A stretch of 32,000 bases of DNA from Breznakia sp. PF5-3 (GCF_029504745.1 NZ_JAQFIQ010000014.1:15863-47862), one strand, 5' to 3'; positions 1 to 9,846 are shown, numbered from the stretch's first letter. Notes: generated by a model not told the origin, from the sequence alone. Numbers and translations: made by a program.

Positions 1-46
1 CTAATTCTAAATCACCATGCTTCTCTAAAATTTCAACTATCTTCAT
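1..46 (-). CDS. 5' end of an unidentified CDS running off the window (MKIVEILEKHGDLEL...)
   Basis: ATG at 46-44 on the minus strand, 7 nt after the murG stop, preceded by a GGGG patch. Only 15 codons are visible. Confidence 0.3.
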   Translation of the reverse strand, partial: MKIVEILEKHGDLEL

Positions 47-53
47 AATACCC

Positions 54-1118
54 CTATACTCTTTCTATAATATTTGTAATATCATAACATGCATTAGGAA
101 AACTATTTTCTTTTGCATGTTTTTTAATCTCTTCTTTTATACTTGGATTATTTAAAACCATATTTATTTTATCACAAAGCGTTTGCGTATTTAAATCTTT
201 TTCTTCAATCATCAATGCACTTTTTTTATCTACCAATGCTTTTGCATTAAAATATTGATGATTATGTGCCACATAAGGGCTTGGAATCAAAATACTACAT
301 ACTCCACTTGCAGTAATCTCTGCCGCTGTAGTGGCCCCTGCACGACAAATGACAAGGTCAAATTTATCTACAATAGCCAACTGATCGATATAATCTACAA
401 CCTTTACATTTTTGTATGCAAGTTCTTCTTTGGCCAGTGTATAGTTTTGTTTTCCACTTACATACAAAAAATTCACTTCAGGAATGTTTTGTAAAACATC
501 TTTCATAATATCCGTAATACTACTACTACCTAAAGAACCCATCACAATCAATACCAAAGGCTTATCTTTAGGTAAATCCAATGATGAAAAATATGCTTCA
601 TCACTTTTTCTTTTTGCTGCAATACTTGCTCTAGGGTTTCCTAACAAGTATACATGTTGATATTCTTTTAGTTCACTCATACAACGCTCATAGCACACTA
701 CAATAGCATTTGCATGCTTCGCCAACATTTTATTAGCTGCACCCACTACAGAATTCTGTTCATGCAAAACAATTTTTTTACCCAACCGTTGTGCCGCAAG
801 AATTACAGGTACACTTACATAACCACCAAAGCCAATAACTACATCTGGATTAAAATCTTTAATGATTTTTTTCGCTTTTCGTAGCGCAATGAGTGATTGA
901 CAGCCTGCTTTTATTTTCTTAAAAACATTGCCACTAAAACCACTTGTATGTAATGCATAAAAAGGATAACCATGTTCTGGAATAATATCCTTTTCCATTC
1001 GATCATCATTACCTACAAATGCAATCTCAGCTTGTTTCTCTTCTTTTATATAGTCGGCTAGTGCTAAAGCTGGATAAATATGTCCACCTGTACCGCCCGT
1101 TACAAATAATAATTTCAA
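54..1118 (-). CDS. murG: UDP-GlcNAc:lipid I N-acetylglucosaminyltransferase MurG
   Basis: N-terminal KLLFVTGGTGGHIYPALALA glycine loop and GT28 layout. The track ORF is over-extended: a TTG at 1118 sits 7 nt after AGGAG and gives MKLLFVTGG... Confidence 0.9.
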   Translation of the reverse strand: MKLLFVTGGTGGHIYPALALADYIKEEKQAEIAFVGNDDRMEKDIIPEHGYPFYALHTSGFSGNVFKKIKAGCQSLIALRKAKKIIKDFNPDVVIGFGGYVSVPVILAAQRLGKKIVLHEQNSVVGAANKMLAKHANAIVVCYERCMSELKEYQHVYLLGNPRASIAAKRKSDEAYFSSLDLPKDKPLVLIVMGSLGSSSITDIMKDVLQNIPEVNFLYVSGKQNYTLAKEELAYKNVKVVDYIDQLAIVDKFDLVICRAGATTAAEITASGVCSILIPSPYVAHNHQYFNAKALVDKKSALMIEEKDLNTQTLCDKINMVLNNPSIKEEIKKHAKENSFPNACYDITNIIERV

Positions 1119-1245
1119 AACATCACTCCTGCAAAATATTATACCATTATTTACTATAAAAAATAAGTAGCAATCACACTTATTTATCATGCACAACAAT
1201 TTAAGTTCCATTACATCTTCCTCATGTAATTATATATTTATTTTG

Positions 1246-1275
1246 CATAAAAAAAGATCAAACAAATTGATCTTT
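1246..1275 (-). terminator. Rho-independent terminator after the sortase gene
   Basis: AAAGATCAA/TTGATCTTT stem (1253-1261 / 1267-1275). The A-run 1248-1255 on plus becomes the T-run on minus. Confidence 0.6.
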
Positions 1276-1314
1276 AAAAGCTTTCATGTTCAAAAACCGA
1301 TATTCTAAAACAAA

Positions 1315-2151
1315 CTAATTTGATTTTTCATATGGCATTTCACCATTCAATGCTTTGACGATTTTACAATGGACAAAATATCGATCATCAATATATTCTG
1401 CTTCTGTATTCCCTGGGTTTCTACCATCCTCATAACTACAAGTATACAAGGTGATTATATGTTCCTTGGCAGTTACTGTCACATCATTCGTATGTCTACT
1501 CAACCCTTTTACATAGTCAAGATATGCTTGATACGATGCGTCATCACCAAAGGAAATATTATAAGACTGAGAATCTCCTTTATCCACATAGGCGCTAAAC
1601 ACTTGTAATTTGTAACTTGCGTCTGGCGTATAATAATACACATATGGATGCTTTTCGAAGAAATCTTTTTTCACATAATTTTCCAATTCCGCAAACATCG
1701 TTCCATGGTGTACATTATGTCCATAAATAAATGTATTCGGATCACTTAAATCTTCATTGTTTCGATAATCCATAAAAATAGAACCTGCATAATTTTCTGT
1801 TTTATCATAGAGATGATTCAAATAATATTCATTATCACTCCCCTTTACAACCGGATATGAGATTTCGGTATCCAAAACAACAATCCACCCAACAATATCT
1901 GGATTCACTTTTTTTAATGCATCAAAATCTACCTTGAACTTATCCAAATCTTCTTCTTTTGTAGGAATCTTAGCTGTATCACGTAAGCGTTCTGTATCTT
2001 TTGCTTCATCATCATTTGCTTTGAAAATCGTATATAAATTCCATCCTGCATAAATAAAGACACACACTGCAATCAGCAAAATAAGTCTTTCAATCCATTT
2101 ACGAACAGGACTAACTTTTCTTCTTTCTTTTTTTCGTTTTTCCATAAACAT
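1315..2151 (-). CDS. srtB: Class B sortase
   Basis: N-terminal TM anchor, NPDIVGWI...ISYPVVKGSDNEYYLNH block, YGHN, and TLYTC catalytic Cys motif. Start is probably the ATG at 2151, 6 nt after GAAAGTGAG. Confidence 0.8.
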   Translation of the reverse strand: MFMEKRKKERRKVSPVRKWIERLILLIAVCVFIYAGWNLYTIFKANDDEAKDTERLRDTAKIPTKEEDLDKFKVDFDALKKVNPDIVGWIVVLDTEISYPVVKGSDNEYYLNHLYDKTENYAGSIFMDYRNNEDLSDPNTFIYGHNVHHGTMFAELENYVKKDFFEKHPYVYYYTPDASYKLQVFSAYVDKGDSQSYNISFGDDASYQAYLDYVKGLSRHTNDVTVTAKEHIITLYTCSYEDGRNPGNTEAEYIDDRYFVHCKIVKALNGEMPYEKSN

Positions 2152-2198
2152 ATTCAACTCACTTTCTACTAAAGTTTGTACCCTAAACTATCATTTCT

Positions 2199-2227
2199 AT
2201 TATACCTAAAAAGCCTTTTTTAGTAAA
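2199..2227 (-). promoter_or_regulatory. Sigma-A-like promoter for the sortase gene
   Basis: On the minus strand: TTTACT (2227-2222), 17 nt spacer, TATAAT (2204-2199). Confidence 0.45.
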
Positions 2228-2244
2228 CCAATTCCCCCTTGCCC

Positions 2245-3375
2245 TTATTCTTTGGTAAAGATTTGCAAATCAACATTCATAATATAGTCCAATTCTGCTG
2301 CATGTGATTCATCACTTTCAACAAACAATACACCAAATGCATCGAATGTTTGAAAATCAAATTTACGCAATGACAAAGGTTTATTAATTTTTGAAAGCAA
2401 TTGTTCATAATTAAAAAAAGTTATTGGTTCTTTAACACTTGGCTTATTAAGAACAATCATTGCATATTTTTCTTTTCCTTTGTTTTTCAAGATTTCATCC
2501 CATACTGGAATTTTATTGTTTAAGAAATAATCATATGCATAAAAACCAAATGCATAATATGAAAGATCATTACAACACAACCCTGCAAATCGCATTGGGT
2601 TACATTCAATAATGGATATTTGCTCATCTTTTACCCTTATTTCAATATGAGAAGCAAAATTCATCACCCCTAAATAAGAGTTCATTTGTATAAAAAAGGT
2701 TTCAAACTTCTTAAGATTTTGTATAATAATATCTTTACTTGTGTAATATAAACGATCACTTACATCTGCATTTGAAGAAAACTCATGTTTTAAAATGTTT
2801 AAAATGACTGGTTTACCATTTTCATCAAAATATACATCAATAGCATACTCTTCTCCATCAATATATTCTTCCAAAATAAACTTACTCTTCCCAACTACCT
2901 GCTCATGATAAAGTTCATCCCACTTTGCTACTTCTCTTTGTAAAGATTGTATTGCTTGTTTATAATCTTTTTCATTTTCAATATAATAAACACCAGCACT
3001 AAAGAAGCCAACTGTTGGCTTAAGAATACATGGAACCTTTATTTGGGAAAAAGGTAAGTTGAATAGTGATGATAAATCAAGTTCTCTAAAATAATACGTT
3101 GGATACATATCCTTCATTTTTTCACGAAAAAGTGCTTTATCTTTCATTATCTCAATATTTTGAATACGAACTTTGTTTTCATCATTTTCATAAACCCAAT
3201 GTAGAGATGTTTCCGAAGCTGTATAAATACGTTCCCCCGGTATAGCTCTCTGTACTAGATTCAATCCATCAATACCTTGCGATTGAATATAATCATTTAA
3301 TAACACTGGGTGTTGTGATGTTTTTGCATAAGTTATTAAGTCTTCTGAAATATATGGTTTATCTAATATAATCAT
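2245..3375 (-). CDS. ATP-grasp domain protein (carboxylate-amine ligase type), substrate unknown
   Basis: Central ATP-grasp-like blocks (ILKPTVGFFSAGVYYI, EEYIDGEEYAIDVYF, IIECNPMRFAG). Start at 3375 (MIILDKPY) lies 6 nt after GGAGG; the track ORF is over-extended. Confidence 0.7.
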   Translation of the reverse strand: MIILDKPYISEDLITYAKTSQHPVLLNDYIQSQGIDGLNLVQRAIPGERIYTASETSLHWVYENDENKVRIQNIEIMKDKALFREKMKDMYPTYYFRELDLSSLFNLPFSQIKVPCILKPTVGFFSAGVYYIENEKDYKQAIQSLQREVAKWDELYHEQVVGKSKFILEEYIDGEEYAIDVYFDENGKPVILNILKHEFSSNADVSDRLYYTSKDIIIQNLKKFETFFIQMNSYLGVMNFASHIEIRVKDEQISIIECNPMRFAGLCCNDLSYYAFGFYAYDYFLNNKIPVWDEILKNKGKEKYAMIVLNKPSVKEPITFFNYEQLLSKINKPLSLRKFDFQTFDAFGVLFVESDESHAAELDYIMNVDLQIFTKE

Positions 3376-3407
3376 TTTTATCCTCCATATTTTTATCATC
3401 ATAACAT

Positions 3408-3441
3408 AAAAGGTCTATTGTGCAAAAGCCAATAAGACCTT
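3408..3441 (-). terminator. Probable terminator after pyrG
   Basis: Imperfect stem AAGGTCTATTG / CAATAAGACCTT with one bulge, and a weak T-tract on the minus strand. Confidence 0.45.
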
Positions 3442-3453
3442 ATAGAATATTAA

Positions 3454-5046
3454 TTATTTTAAAGAAGCTTTTATGAATTCCCTAAATAAAGGATGTGCTT
3501 TATTTGGTCTAGATTTGAATTCAGGATGATATTGAACTCCAATATGAAAATCATTTTTATTATATTCGATTGCCTCCACAAGAAGATTATCTGGACTCGT
3601 TCCTACAATTTCCATATGATTATGAATAAATTCATCACGATAATCATTATTAAACTCATAACGATGGCGATGCCTTTCAGATATCTTTTCTTCTTGGTAA
3701 GTATAATATAATTTTGAATCTTTTTTAATAGTGCATGGGTAAGCTCCTAAACGCATTGTTCCACCTTTGTGATCTATGCTAATTTGTGAGTCCATTAAAT
3801 CAATTACATTGTGTTTTCCTTGTGGAGTGAATTCACTTGAATTTGCATCTAGATATTTTAAAACATTTCGAGCAAACTCTATCGTTGCAATTTGCATCCC
3901 TAAACATATTCCTAAATATGGAATATTATTTTCTCGTGCATATTGACAAGCTAAAACCATGCCATCCATTCCACGCTCTCCAAAACCACCAGGAATGATA
4001 ATGCCATGACATTCGCCAAGCACTTCACTAATTGTATCTGGATTCAAAGATTCACTATCTATCCATTTTATTTCCACTTCTGCATCATTTTCATAGCCTC
4101 CATGCTTTAGTGCTTCTACAATGGATAAATATGCATCATGTAACTTTGTATACTTTCCAACCAACGCTATTTTAGCCTGCTTATTACAGCTTTTTATTCT
4201 TGTTACTAAAGTTTTCCAAGCCTCCATATTTGGTGCTGGAGTTATCAAATTCAATTCACGACAGACAATATCAGAAAAATTCGCTTCCTCCAACATCAAT
4301 GGACATTCATATAAGATAGGAAGAGTTACATTTTGAATAACACAATCCTTTTTCACATTACAAAAAAGCGCAATTTTATTTAATATAGAAACATCTAAAA
4401 ATTCATCACTTCGACATACAATGATATCTGGAGAAATTCCCAATGATTGCAATTCTTTTACACTATGCTGCGTTGGTTTTGATTTATGTTCCCCACTGCT
4501 TTTAATGTAAGGGACTAACGTTACATGAATAAACAAACAATTCTCTTTTCCCACCTCAAAACTCACTTGTCGAATTGCTTCTAAAAATGGTTGCGATTCA
4601 ATATCCCCTGTAGTTCCACCAATTTCACTGATCACCATATCAGCGTCTTGTTCATCACCTACAGCATAAATAAAATCTTTAATCTCTTGTGTAATATGAG
4701 GAATTACTTGTACCGTTTCACCTAAATATTCACCTTTGCGTTCTTTATTTAAAACATTCCAATATACCTTTCCACTTGTTAAATTGGAAAACCGATTCAA
4801 ATCCTCATCAATAAACCGCTCATAATGGCCCAAATCAAGATCTGTCTCAGCTCCATCATCGGTCACAAAAACTTCACCATGCTGATAAGGTGACATCGTT
4901 CCACAATCTACATTGATATATGGATCCATCTTCTGTGCCATAACTTTTAAACCACGTTCTTTTAATAACCTACCTAAACTAGCAGCTGTAATGCCTTTCC
5001 CCAAGCCACTTACAACACCACCTGTTACAAAAATATATTTTCTCAT
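3454..5046 (-). CDS. pyrG: CTP synthase
   Basis: [19 protein letters not shown]-terminus and a C-terminal glutamine amidotransferase domain (GICLGMQ, HRHRYE). Start at 5046 follows GGTGGGTGA. Confidence 0.95.
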   Translation of the reverse strand: MRKYIFVTGGVVSGLGKGITAASLGRLLKERGLKVMAQKMDPYINVDCGTMSPYQHGEVFVTDDGAETDLDLGHYERFIDEDLNRFSNLTSGKVYWNVLNKERKGEYLGETVQVIPHITQEIKDFIYAVGDEQDADMVISEIGGTTGDIESQPFLEAIRQVSFEVGKENCLFIHVTLVPYIKSSGEHKSKPTQHSVKELQSLGISPDIIVCRSDEFLDVSILNKIALFCNVKKDCVIQNVTLPILYECPLMLEEANFSDIVCRELNLITPAPNMEAWKTLVTRIKSCNKQAKIALVGKYTKLHDAYLSIVEALKHGGYENDAEVEIKWIDSESLNPDTISEVLGECHGIIIPGGFGERGMDGMVLACQYARENNIPYLGICLGMQIATIEFARNVLKYLDANSSEFTPQGKHNVIDLMDSQISIDHKGGTMRLGAYPCTIKKDSKLYYTYQEEKISERHRHRYEFNNDYRDEFIHNHMEIVGTSPDNLLVEAIEYNKNDFHIGVQYHPEFKSRPNKAHPLFREFIKASLK

Positions 5047-5058
5047 TTCACCCACCAT

Positions 5059-5625
5059 TTAACCATATGTCTTTAATATTTCCTTTGCTACCATTTCTTT
5101 TGAAACACGTTTATCCATCGCTTTCTTTTCAATATATCGATGTGCTTGTACTTCGCTCATATTCAAATATTCAATCAGAACGTACTTTGCTCGACTAATC
5201 AATTGAATATTTTCTACTTTTTCATGTAAACGAATATTTTCATCATGAAAATTACTAATTCTTCGATGTGTCGATAGTGCCATTGAGATCGCTTGTGTGA
5301 ACACTTGACGATCAAGTGGTTTTCCTATACACATAACACCAAATTTATTTAGCCGATTACTAACATCTTCTAAGATTTCCTTTTTTATCAACATAACTAC
5401 TCCACTAGTTGAATTTTGTGCAGCATACATTGTAATCTCATGCCCAAATTCATCAGCGAGTGGTGTATTGATTAACACTAAATCAAAACGTTGAGTATTC
5501 AACAACTGTTTTGCTTCTTTTGCACTTTTACTAGCTACAATCGTATCGATATGAATAGCTTTTAAAAGTTGTGATAGTGCATCAAGACTTTTATCTAAAC
5601 TGGAAACAATCAAACAACTACTCAT
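5059..5625 (-). CDS. ANTAR-domain RNA-binding antiterminator with a pseudo-receiver N-terminal domain
   Basis: C-terminal ANTAR signature (ISRAKYVLIEYLNMSEVQAHRYIEKKAMDKRVSKEMVAKEIL). The N-terminal receiver fold lacks the acidic pocket (LIVSSLD) and the phospho-acceptor Asp (DLVLINTP). Confidence 0.85.
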   Translation of the reverse strand: MSSCLIVSSLDKSLDALSQLLKAIHIDTIVASKSAKEAKQLLNTQRFDLVLINTPLADEFGHEITMYAAQNSTSGVVMLIKKEILEDVSNRLNKFGVMCIGKPLDRQVFTQAISMALSTHRRISNFHDENIRLHEKVENIQLISRAKYVLIEYLNMSEVQAHRYIEKKAMDKRVSKEMVAKEILKTYG

Positions 5626-5641
5626 ACCTTACCTCACTTTC

Positions 5642-6913
5642 CTAAATTAATTTAAAATATGGATCACTATCAAATCTTTGCTCATCTTTATATGATGCAG
5701 CTTCTTCACTCTTTATTTCACAGAACATTGTAACTGTTTTTTTATTTATTACTTCTTTAACAAATTCTGAATTTTGTACACTTTCTACAGCTTCTTTCAG
5801 ATTTTTTGGCAATTCCTTTGTACTTTTTGAATGCCCCTCACTCAATGTTTCACTTTTTCGCATCCCTTCAATTCCCGCATATAATAATAAGCCATAGGCG
5901 TAATAAGGATTACATGCAGCATCTGCTGAGCGCAACATGATATAAGAATACTCATCTTGCTTTTCATCAACACGCAACAACTGACTTTGATTCCCTTCGG
6001 CCCAAGTTATGTACTTTGGTGCTTTTTCACTTCCCAAACGTTCATAAGAATTATTAATTGGATTCAAAAACAAACTCATCTCATAAGTACGATTCAATAC
6101 TCCAGCAATAAAATTTCGTTGTTCCTCCAAGTTTACTTCATAATCATCTTCAAAAATATTTCGATCATTCTTGCTTAGGGTTACTTTAATTCTCAATCCA
6201 CTACCACTTGCATCAGCAAGCGGGCGTGGTAAAAATGAAGCATACAAATCATTCAATAAAGCAATACTCTTTACACAGTTCTTAAACGTTATCAAGTTAT
6301 CTGCAGCTTGCAATGCATAATTATCTTCAAAGGTTATCACGTTTTGTCCAGGTCCTTTTTCATGATAACTCATCTTTGTTTTTACACCCATTTCTTCTAA
6401 AGAAAGACATATTTCTCGACGAATATTTTCACCACCATCCAAAGGTGTAACATCCAAATACGATGCATGGTCAATCGGTCGATTTGTAGGATTTCCATCC
6501 ACATCGTTTTGAAATAAATAAAACTCGCTTTCAATCCCTATTTTAGGTGTATATCCATAGGATTCACAAGCCTCCATCGCTTGTTTTAAAAAGTATCTTC
6601 CATCTCCTTCAAATGGCGTTCCATCAAGGTGTCGAATATCACAAAAAAAACGAACAACTTTTTCATGACCTGATCTCCATGGCAAGATTGTCATTGTATC
6701 CAAATCTGGATAGAGTAGTAAATCCGTTTTCTTATAGTTCATAAAACCATTAACATCAGATGCATCTAAGTTAATTCCTTCTTCTGTGGCTTGTTCGAAG
6801 TCGTCTGCATTAATAGATAAATTTTTGAGTGTTCCAAAAATATCACAAAATGCTAAGCGAACAAATTTCACATGATTTAGCTCAATATACCGCAAAATTT
6901 TCTCTATTTTCAT
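5642..6913 (-). CDS. glnA: Glutamine synthetase, type I family (short form)
   Basis: Beta-grasp N-terminus (VKFVRLAFCDIFGTLKN) and GS catalytic-domain blocks. Start at 6913 lies 5 nt after GGAGG. Sits 16 nt upstream of the ANTAR gene, so probably one operon. Confidence 0.85.
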   Translation of the reverse strand: MKIEKILRYIELNHVKFVRLAFCDIFGTLKNLSINADDFEQATEEGINLDASDVNGFMNYKKTDLLLYPDLDTMTILPWRSGHEKVVRFFCDIRHLDGTPFEGDGRYFLKQAMEACESYGYTPKIGIESEFYLFQNDVDGNPTNRPIDHASYLDVTPLDGGENIRREICLSLEEMGVKTKMSYHEKGPGQNVITFEDNYALQAADNLITFKNCVKSIALLNDLYASFLPRPLADASGSGLRIKVTLSKNDRNIFEDDYEVNLEEQRNFIAGVLNRTYEMSLFLNPINNSYERLGSEKAPKYITWAEGNQSQLLRVDEKQDEYSYIMLRSADAACNPYYAYGLLLYAGIEGMRKSETLSEGHSKSTKELPKNLKEAVESVQNSEFVKEVINKKTVTMFCEIKSEEAASYKDEQRFDSDPYFKLI

Positions 6914-6962
6914 GACATCCTCCATTCTGTTTTCATTATAACACGAAAAATCTTATGTCTGA

Positions 6963-6992
6963 ATTATAGACCTAATTATAAAATGATGTCAA
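6963..6992 (-). promoter_or_regulatory. Sigma-A-like promoter for glnA-ANTAR
   Basis: On the minus strand: TTGACA (6992-6987), 18 nt spacer, TATAAT (6968-6963). Confidence 0.5.
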
Positions 6993-7075
6993 CTCTCAAA
7001 ATCAACTTTCTAAATTCAAAAAAATTGTCTATAATAAGGTTACATCTTACTAAAAAATATACTTGGAGAACGCTT

Positions 7076-7600
7076 ATGCACAATTATTTTTTAAAAACTA
7101 AACGAATTGGATTTTCAAAATGGAATTATGATGATTTGGAACTTGCAACAAAACTATGGGGCAATAAAGAAGTGGGTAAGTATATTCATGCAAATCATTT
7201 TTTTAGTGTTGAAGAGATACATGAGCGTCTAAAGGAAGAAATCAAGAATGAGGAATATTTTCATATTCAATATTTTCCTATTTTTTCATTATCTGACAAT
7301 CAATTTATTGGTTGTTGTGGCTTTCGTCCCTTTGTGGACAATCCACAACAAATAGAAATGGGATTTCACTTACTTCCTGCATTTTGGCATCAAGGATATG
7401 CCTTTGAAGCAAGTGATGCAATTTTAAAATACATTCATAATAAACATCGTGAATTAAAGATTTATGCAGGACATCACCCTGATAATGAAGCTTCAGCAAG
7501 ACTTTTAAAGAAATTGGGGTTTTTATACTTTAAAGATGAGTTTTATAAGCCAACAAACAAATATCATCGATGCTATCAATATTCTAAAAATATAGCTTGA
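7076..7600 (+). CDS. GNAT family N-acetyltransferase (RimJ/RimL-like)
   Basis: IGCCGF...GFHLLPAFWHQGYAFEA...ARLLKKLGF pattern. ATG at 7076 follows TGGAGAA; the track ORF is over-extended. Confidence 0.8.
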   Translation: MHNYFLKTKRIGFSKWNYDDLELATKLWGNKEVGKYIHANHFFSVEEIHERLKEEIKNEEYFHIQYFPIFSLSDNQFIGCCGFRPFVDNPQQIEMGFHLLPAFWHQGYAFEASDAILKYIHNKHRELKIYAGHHPDNEASARLLKKLGFLYFKDEFYKPTNKYHRCYQYSKNIA

Positions 7601-7625
7601 CAAGAAACCCAAGAAAGGATAAACT
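7597..7625 (+). promoter_or_regulatory. Candidate promoter reading into the glnN leader
   Basis: TTGACA (7597-7602, overlapping the GNAT stop), 17 nt spacer, TAAACT (7620-7625). Confidence 0.4.
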
Positions 7626-7634
7626 CTTTGTATA

Positions 7635-7679
7635 ACAGCAAAGGTGCTGTAGGTATTTTTATCTACGGCACCTTTTTTT
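7635..7679 (+). promoter_or_regulatory. Terminator/antiterminator leader (attenuator) directly upstream of glnN
   Basis: A 16-bp stem (7640-7655 / 7660-7675, two G-U pairs) with a TTTT loop and a T7 tail. An alternative 5-bp hairpin ACAGC-AAAGGT-GCTGT (7635-7650) uses the terminator's 5' arm. Only 27 nt separate the T-tract from the glnN ATG. Confidence 0.6.
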
Positions 7680-7706
7680 GTTAGTTCGATTAATGGGAGG
7701 AAATTT

Positions 7707-9806
7707 ATGAAAACAAACGTGACTGAGGTTTTTGGGTCTATGGTCTTTGATGATCGTTGTATGAAAGCAAAGTTACCTAAAGATGTTTATAAAAAGTACA
7801 AAGCTACGATCGATGAAGGAAAGCTTCTTGATCCTGATTGTGCTAATACCATTGCATCCGCTATGAAAGATTGGGCTATTGAAAACGGTGCAACACATTA
7901 TACTCATTGGTTTCAGCCAATGACAGGAATCACTGCAGAAAAGCATGATGCTTTTATTTCTCCAAGTGGAGATGGAAGTATTATCATGGAATTTTCTGGT
8001 AAAGAACTTATCAAGGGTGAACCAGATGCTTCTAGTTTTCCTAATGGTGGATTACGAGCAACTTTTGAAGCTCGTGGTTATACTGGGTGGGATCCAACAT
8101 CATATACATTCATCAAAGAAGGCGTTTTATGTATCCCAAGTGTCTTCATGTCTTACAATGGCGAAGCACTTGATAAAAAAACACCACTCCTAAAATCTCA
8201 AGAACTTATCAATACGCAAGCATTGCGAATTCTAAAGTTATTTGGTAAAGATAATGTGAAACGCGTTCATACAACCGTTGGTGCAGAACAAGAATACTTT
8301 CTTATTGAAAAGTCACTTTGGGATCAACGAAAAGACTTGATTTACACTGGTAGAACACTTTATGGTGCTAGACCTCCAAAAACTCAAGAACTTGATGACC
8401 ACTACTTTGGTGTATTAAAACCAAAAGTAGCATCGTTTATGAAAGAACTGAATGAAGAATTGTGGAAATTAGGTATTCTAGCAAAAACGCAACATAATGA
8501 AGTTGCTCCTGCACAACATGAATTAGCACCTATCTATTCACTCACAAATGTCGCTACCGACCATAATCAACTAACTATGGAAATCATGAAAAAAGTGGCC
8601 TTACGCCATGGACTTGTTTGTTTATTACATGAAAAGCCGTTTGCAGGAATCAACGGAAGTGGTAAACACAATAACTGGTCCCTATCAACAGATACCGGAG
8701 AGAACCTGTTAGAACCTGGAGATACGCCAAGTGAAAACGCTCAATTCTTGCTTATGCTAGCAGCGCTAGTTAAAGCTGTTGACGATTACCAAGACTTACT
8801 AAGAATATCTGTTGCAAGTGCAGGAAATGATCATCGCTTAGGTGCTAATGAAGCCCCTCCTGCAATCATTTCCATCTTTACTGGTTCTGAGTTAGAAGAA
8901 ATCATAAATGCAATCATTGAAGATAGACCTTGCAAAACGGTATGTGCGAATAAAATGACCATCGGTGTTGATGCCTTACCTCCTTTTACAAAAGACACAA
9001 CCGATCGTAATCGTACATCACCGTTTGCTTTTACTGGAAACAAATTTGAATTTCGCATGTTAGGATCACAATTATCTATTTCTTGTCCTAATATTATGAT
9101 TAACACAATTGTTGCCGATACATTAAATAACTTTGCTGACCATTTAGAAAAAGCAACAGATTTTAATAAAGAATTACACGAATTGATTAAAAAAACATTT
9201 ACTGAACATCAAAGAATCATATTTAATGGTAATGGATATGATGATTCATGGATTGTAGAGGCAGAAAAGCGAGGACTTATGAATTTTAGAACTACGCCAG
9301 AAGCTTTGCCACACTATATGGATGAGAAAAATATTCAATTATTTACTAGAAATAACATTTACACAAAAAGTGAAATGCAATCTCGTATGGATATCTTAAT
9401 CGAAGAATATTCAAAGGCTATTAATATTGAAGCAGAAACAATGGTAAACATGTCTAAGAAGAATATCATTCCTGCCATTTTAGCTTATATCAAAGATTTG
9501 AGTGAAAGCATTGTTACCAAAAAGGCAATATCTTCAACGATAAAGTTTGAAGTTGAAGACTCTCTCATCAATAAATTAAGTGTTCTTGCGAGTGATTTGT
9601 ATCGTAAAACAGAAGAATTAGCAGATGATATCATTAAAGCTAATGGAATTAAAGACTTGCAAGAAAATGCTAAATATTATTGTAATAGCGTGCTTGTGAA
9701 AATGGTTGACTTGCGTGCCATTGCCGATGAAATCGAGCAAAACTGCGCCAAGCAGTATTGGCCCTTCCCTTCATATGGAGATTTATTATATTCTGTCTCT
9801 ATATAA
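7707..9806 (+). CDS. glnN: Glutamine synthetase type III
   Basis: About 700-aa GSIII architecture, with the characteristic N-terminus (FGSMVFDD..MK..LPKDVYKK) and the EVAPAQHELAP and NGSGKHNNWS blocks. GGGAGG RBS. Confidence 0.9.
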   Translation: MKTNVTEVFGSMVFDDRCMKAKLPKDVYKKYKATIDEGKLLDPDCANTIASAMKDWAIENGATHYTHWFQPMTGITAEKHDAFISPSGDGSIIMEFSGKELIKGEPDASSFPNGGLRATFEARGYTGWDPTSYTFIKEGVLCIPSVFMSYNGEALDKKTPLLKSQELINTQALRILKLFGKDNVKRVHTTVGAEQEYFLIEKSLWDQRKDLIYTGRTLYGARPPKTQELDDHYFGVLKPKVASFMKELNEELWKLGILAKTQHNEVAPAQHELAPIYSLTNVATDHNQLTMEIMKKVALRHGLVCLLHEKPFAGINGSGKHNNWSLSTDTGENLLEPGDTPSENAQFLLMLAALVKAVDDYQDLLRISVASAGNDHRLGANEAPPAIISIFTGSELEEIINAIIEDRPCKTVCANKMTIGVDALPPFTKDTTDRNRTSPFAFTGNKFEFRMLGSQLSISCPNIMINTIVADTLNNFADHLEKATDFNKELHELIKKTFTEHQRIIFNGNGYDDSWIVEAEKRGLMNFRTTPEALPHYMDEKNIQLFTRNNIYTKSEMQSRMDILIEEYSKAINIEAETMVNMSKKNIIPAILAYIKDLSESIVTKKAISSTIKFEVEDSLINKLSVLASDLYRKTEELADDIIKANGIKDLQENAKYYCNSVLVKMVDLRAIADEIEQNCAKQYWPFPSYGDLLYSVSI

Positions 9807-9846
9807 AAAAACATCACAAACCTTTTGCTTATCTGCAATTGTGAAA

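Noticed and set aside
255-494. Short opposite-strand ORFs inside murG, srtB, pyrG, glnA, GNAT, glnN, the met genes, the hydrolase, ankyrin and U32 genes (for example 255-494, 1369-1608, 3493-3711, 4121-4336, 5957-6178, 6547-6744, 7305-7499, 7945-8193, 8831-9106, 11820-12350, 12598-12786, 13984-14172, 27805-28083, 28209-28406, 30215-30470, 31740-31931)
   Set aside because: All are nested in, or antisense or out of frame to, strongly supported genes. They lack RBSs and have composition-driven translations.
6926-6975. TnrA/GlnR box (TGTNA-N7-TNACA) in the glnA promoter region
   Set aside because: TGTTTTCATTATAACA is one nt short of the 17-bp consensus, and TGTCTGAATTATAGACC lacks the conserved A/T and ACA positions. 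Neither is convincing.
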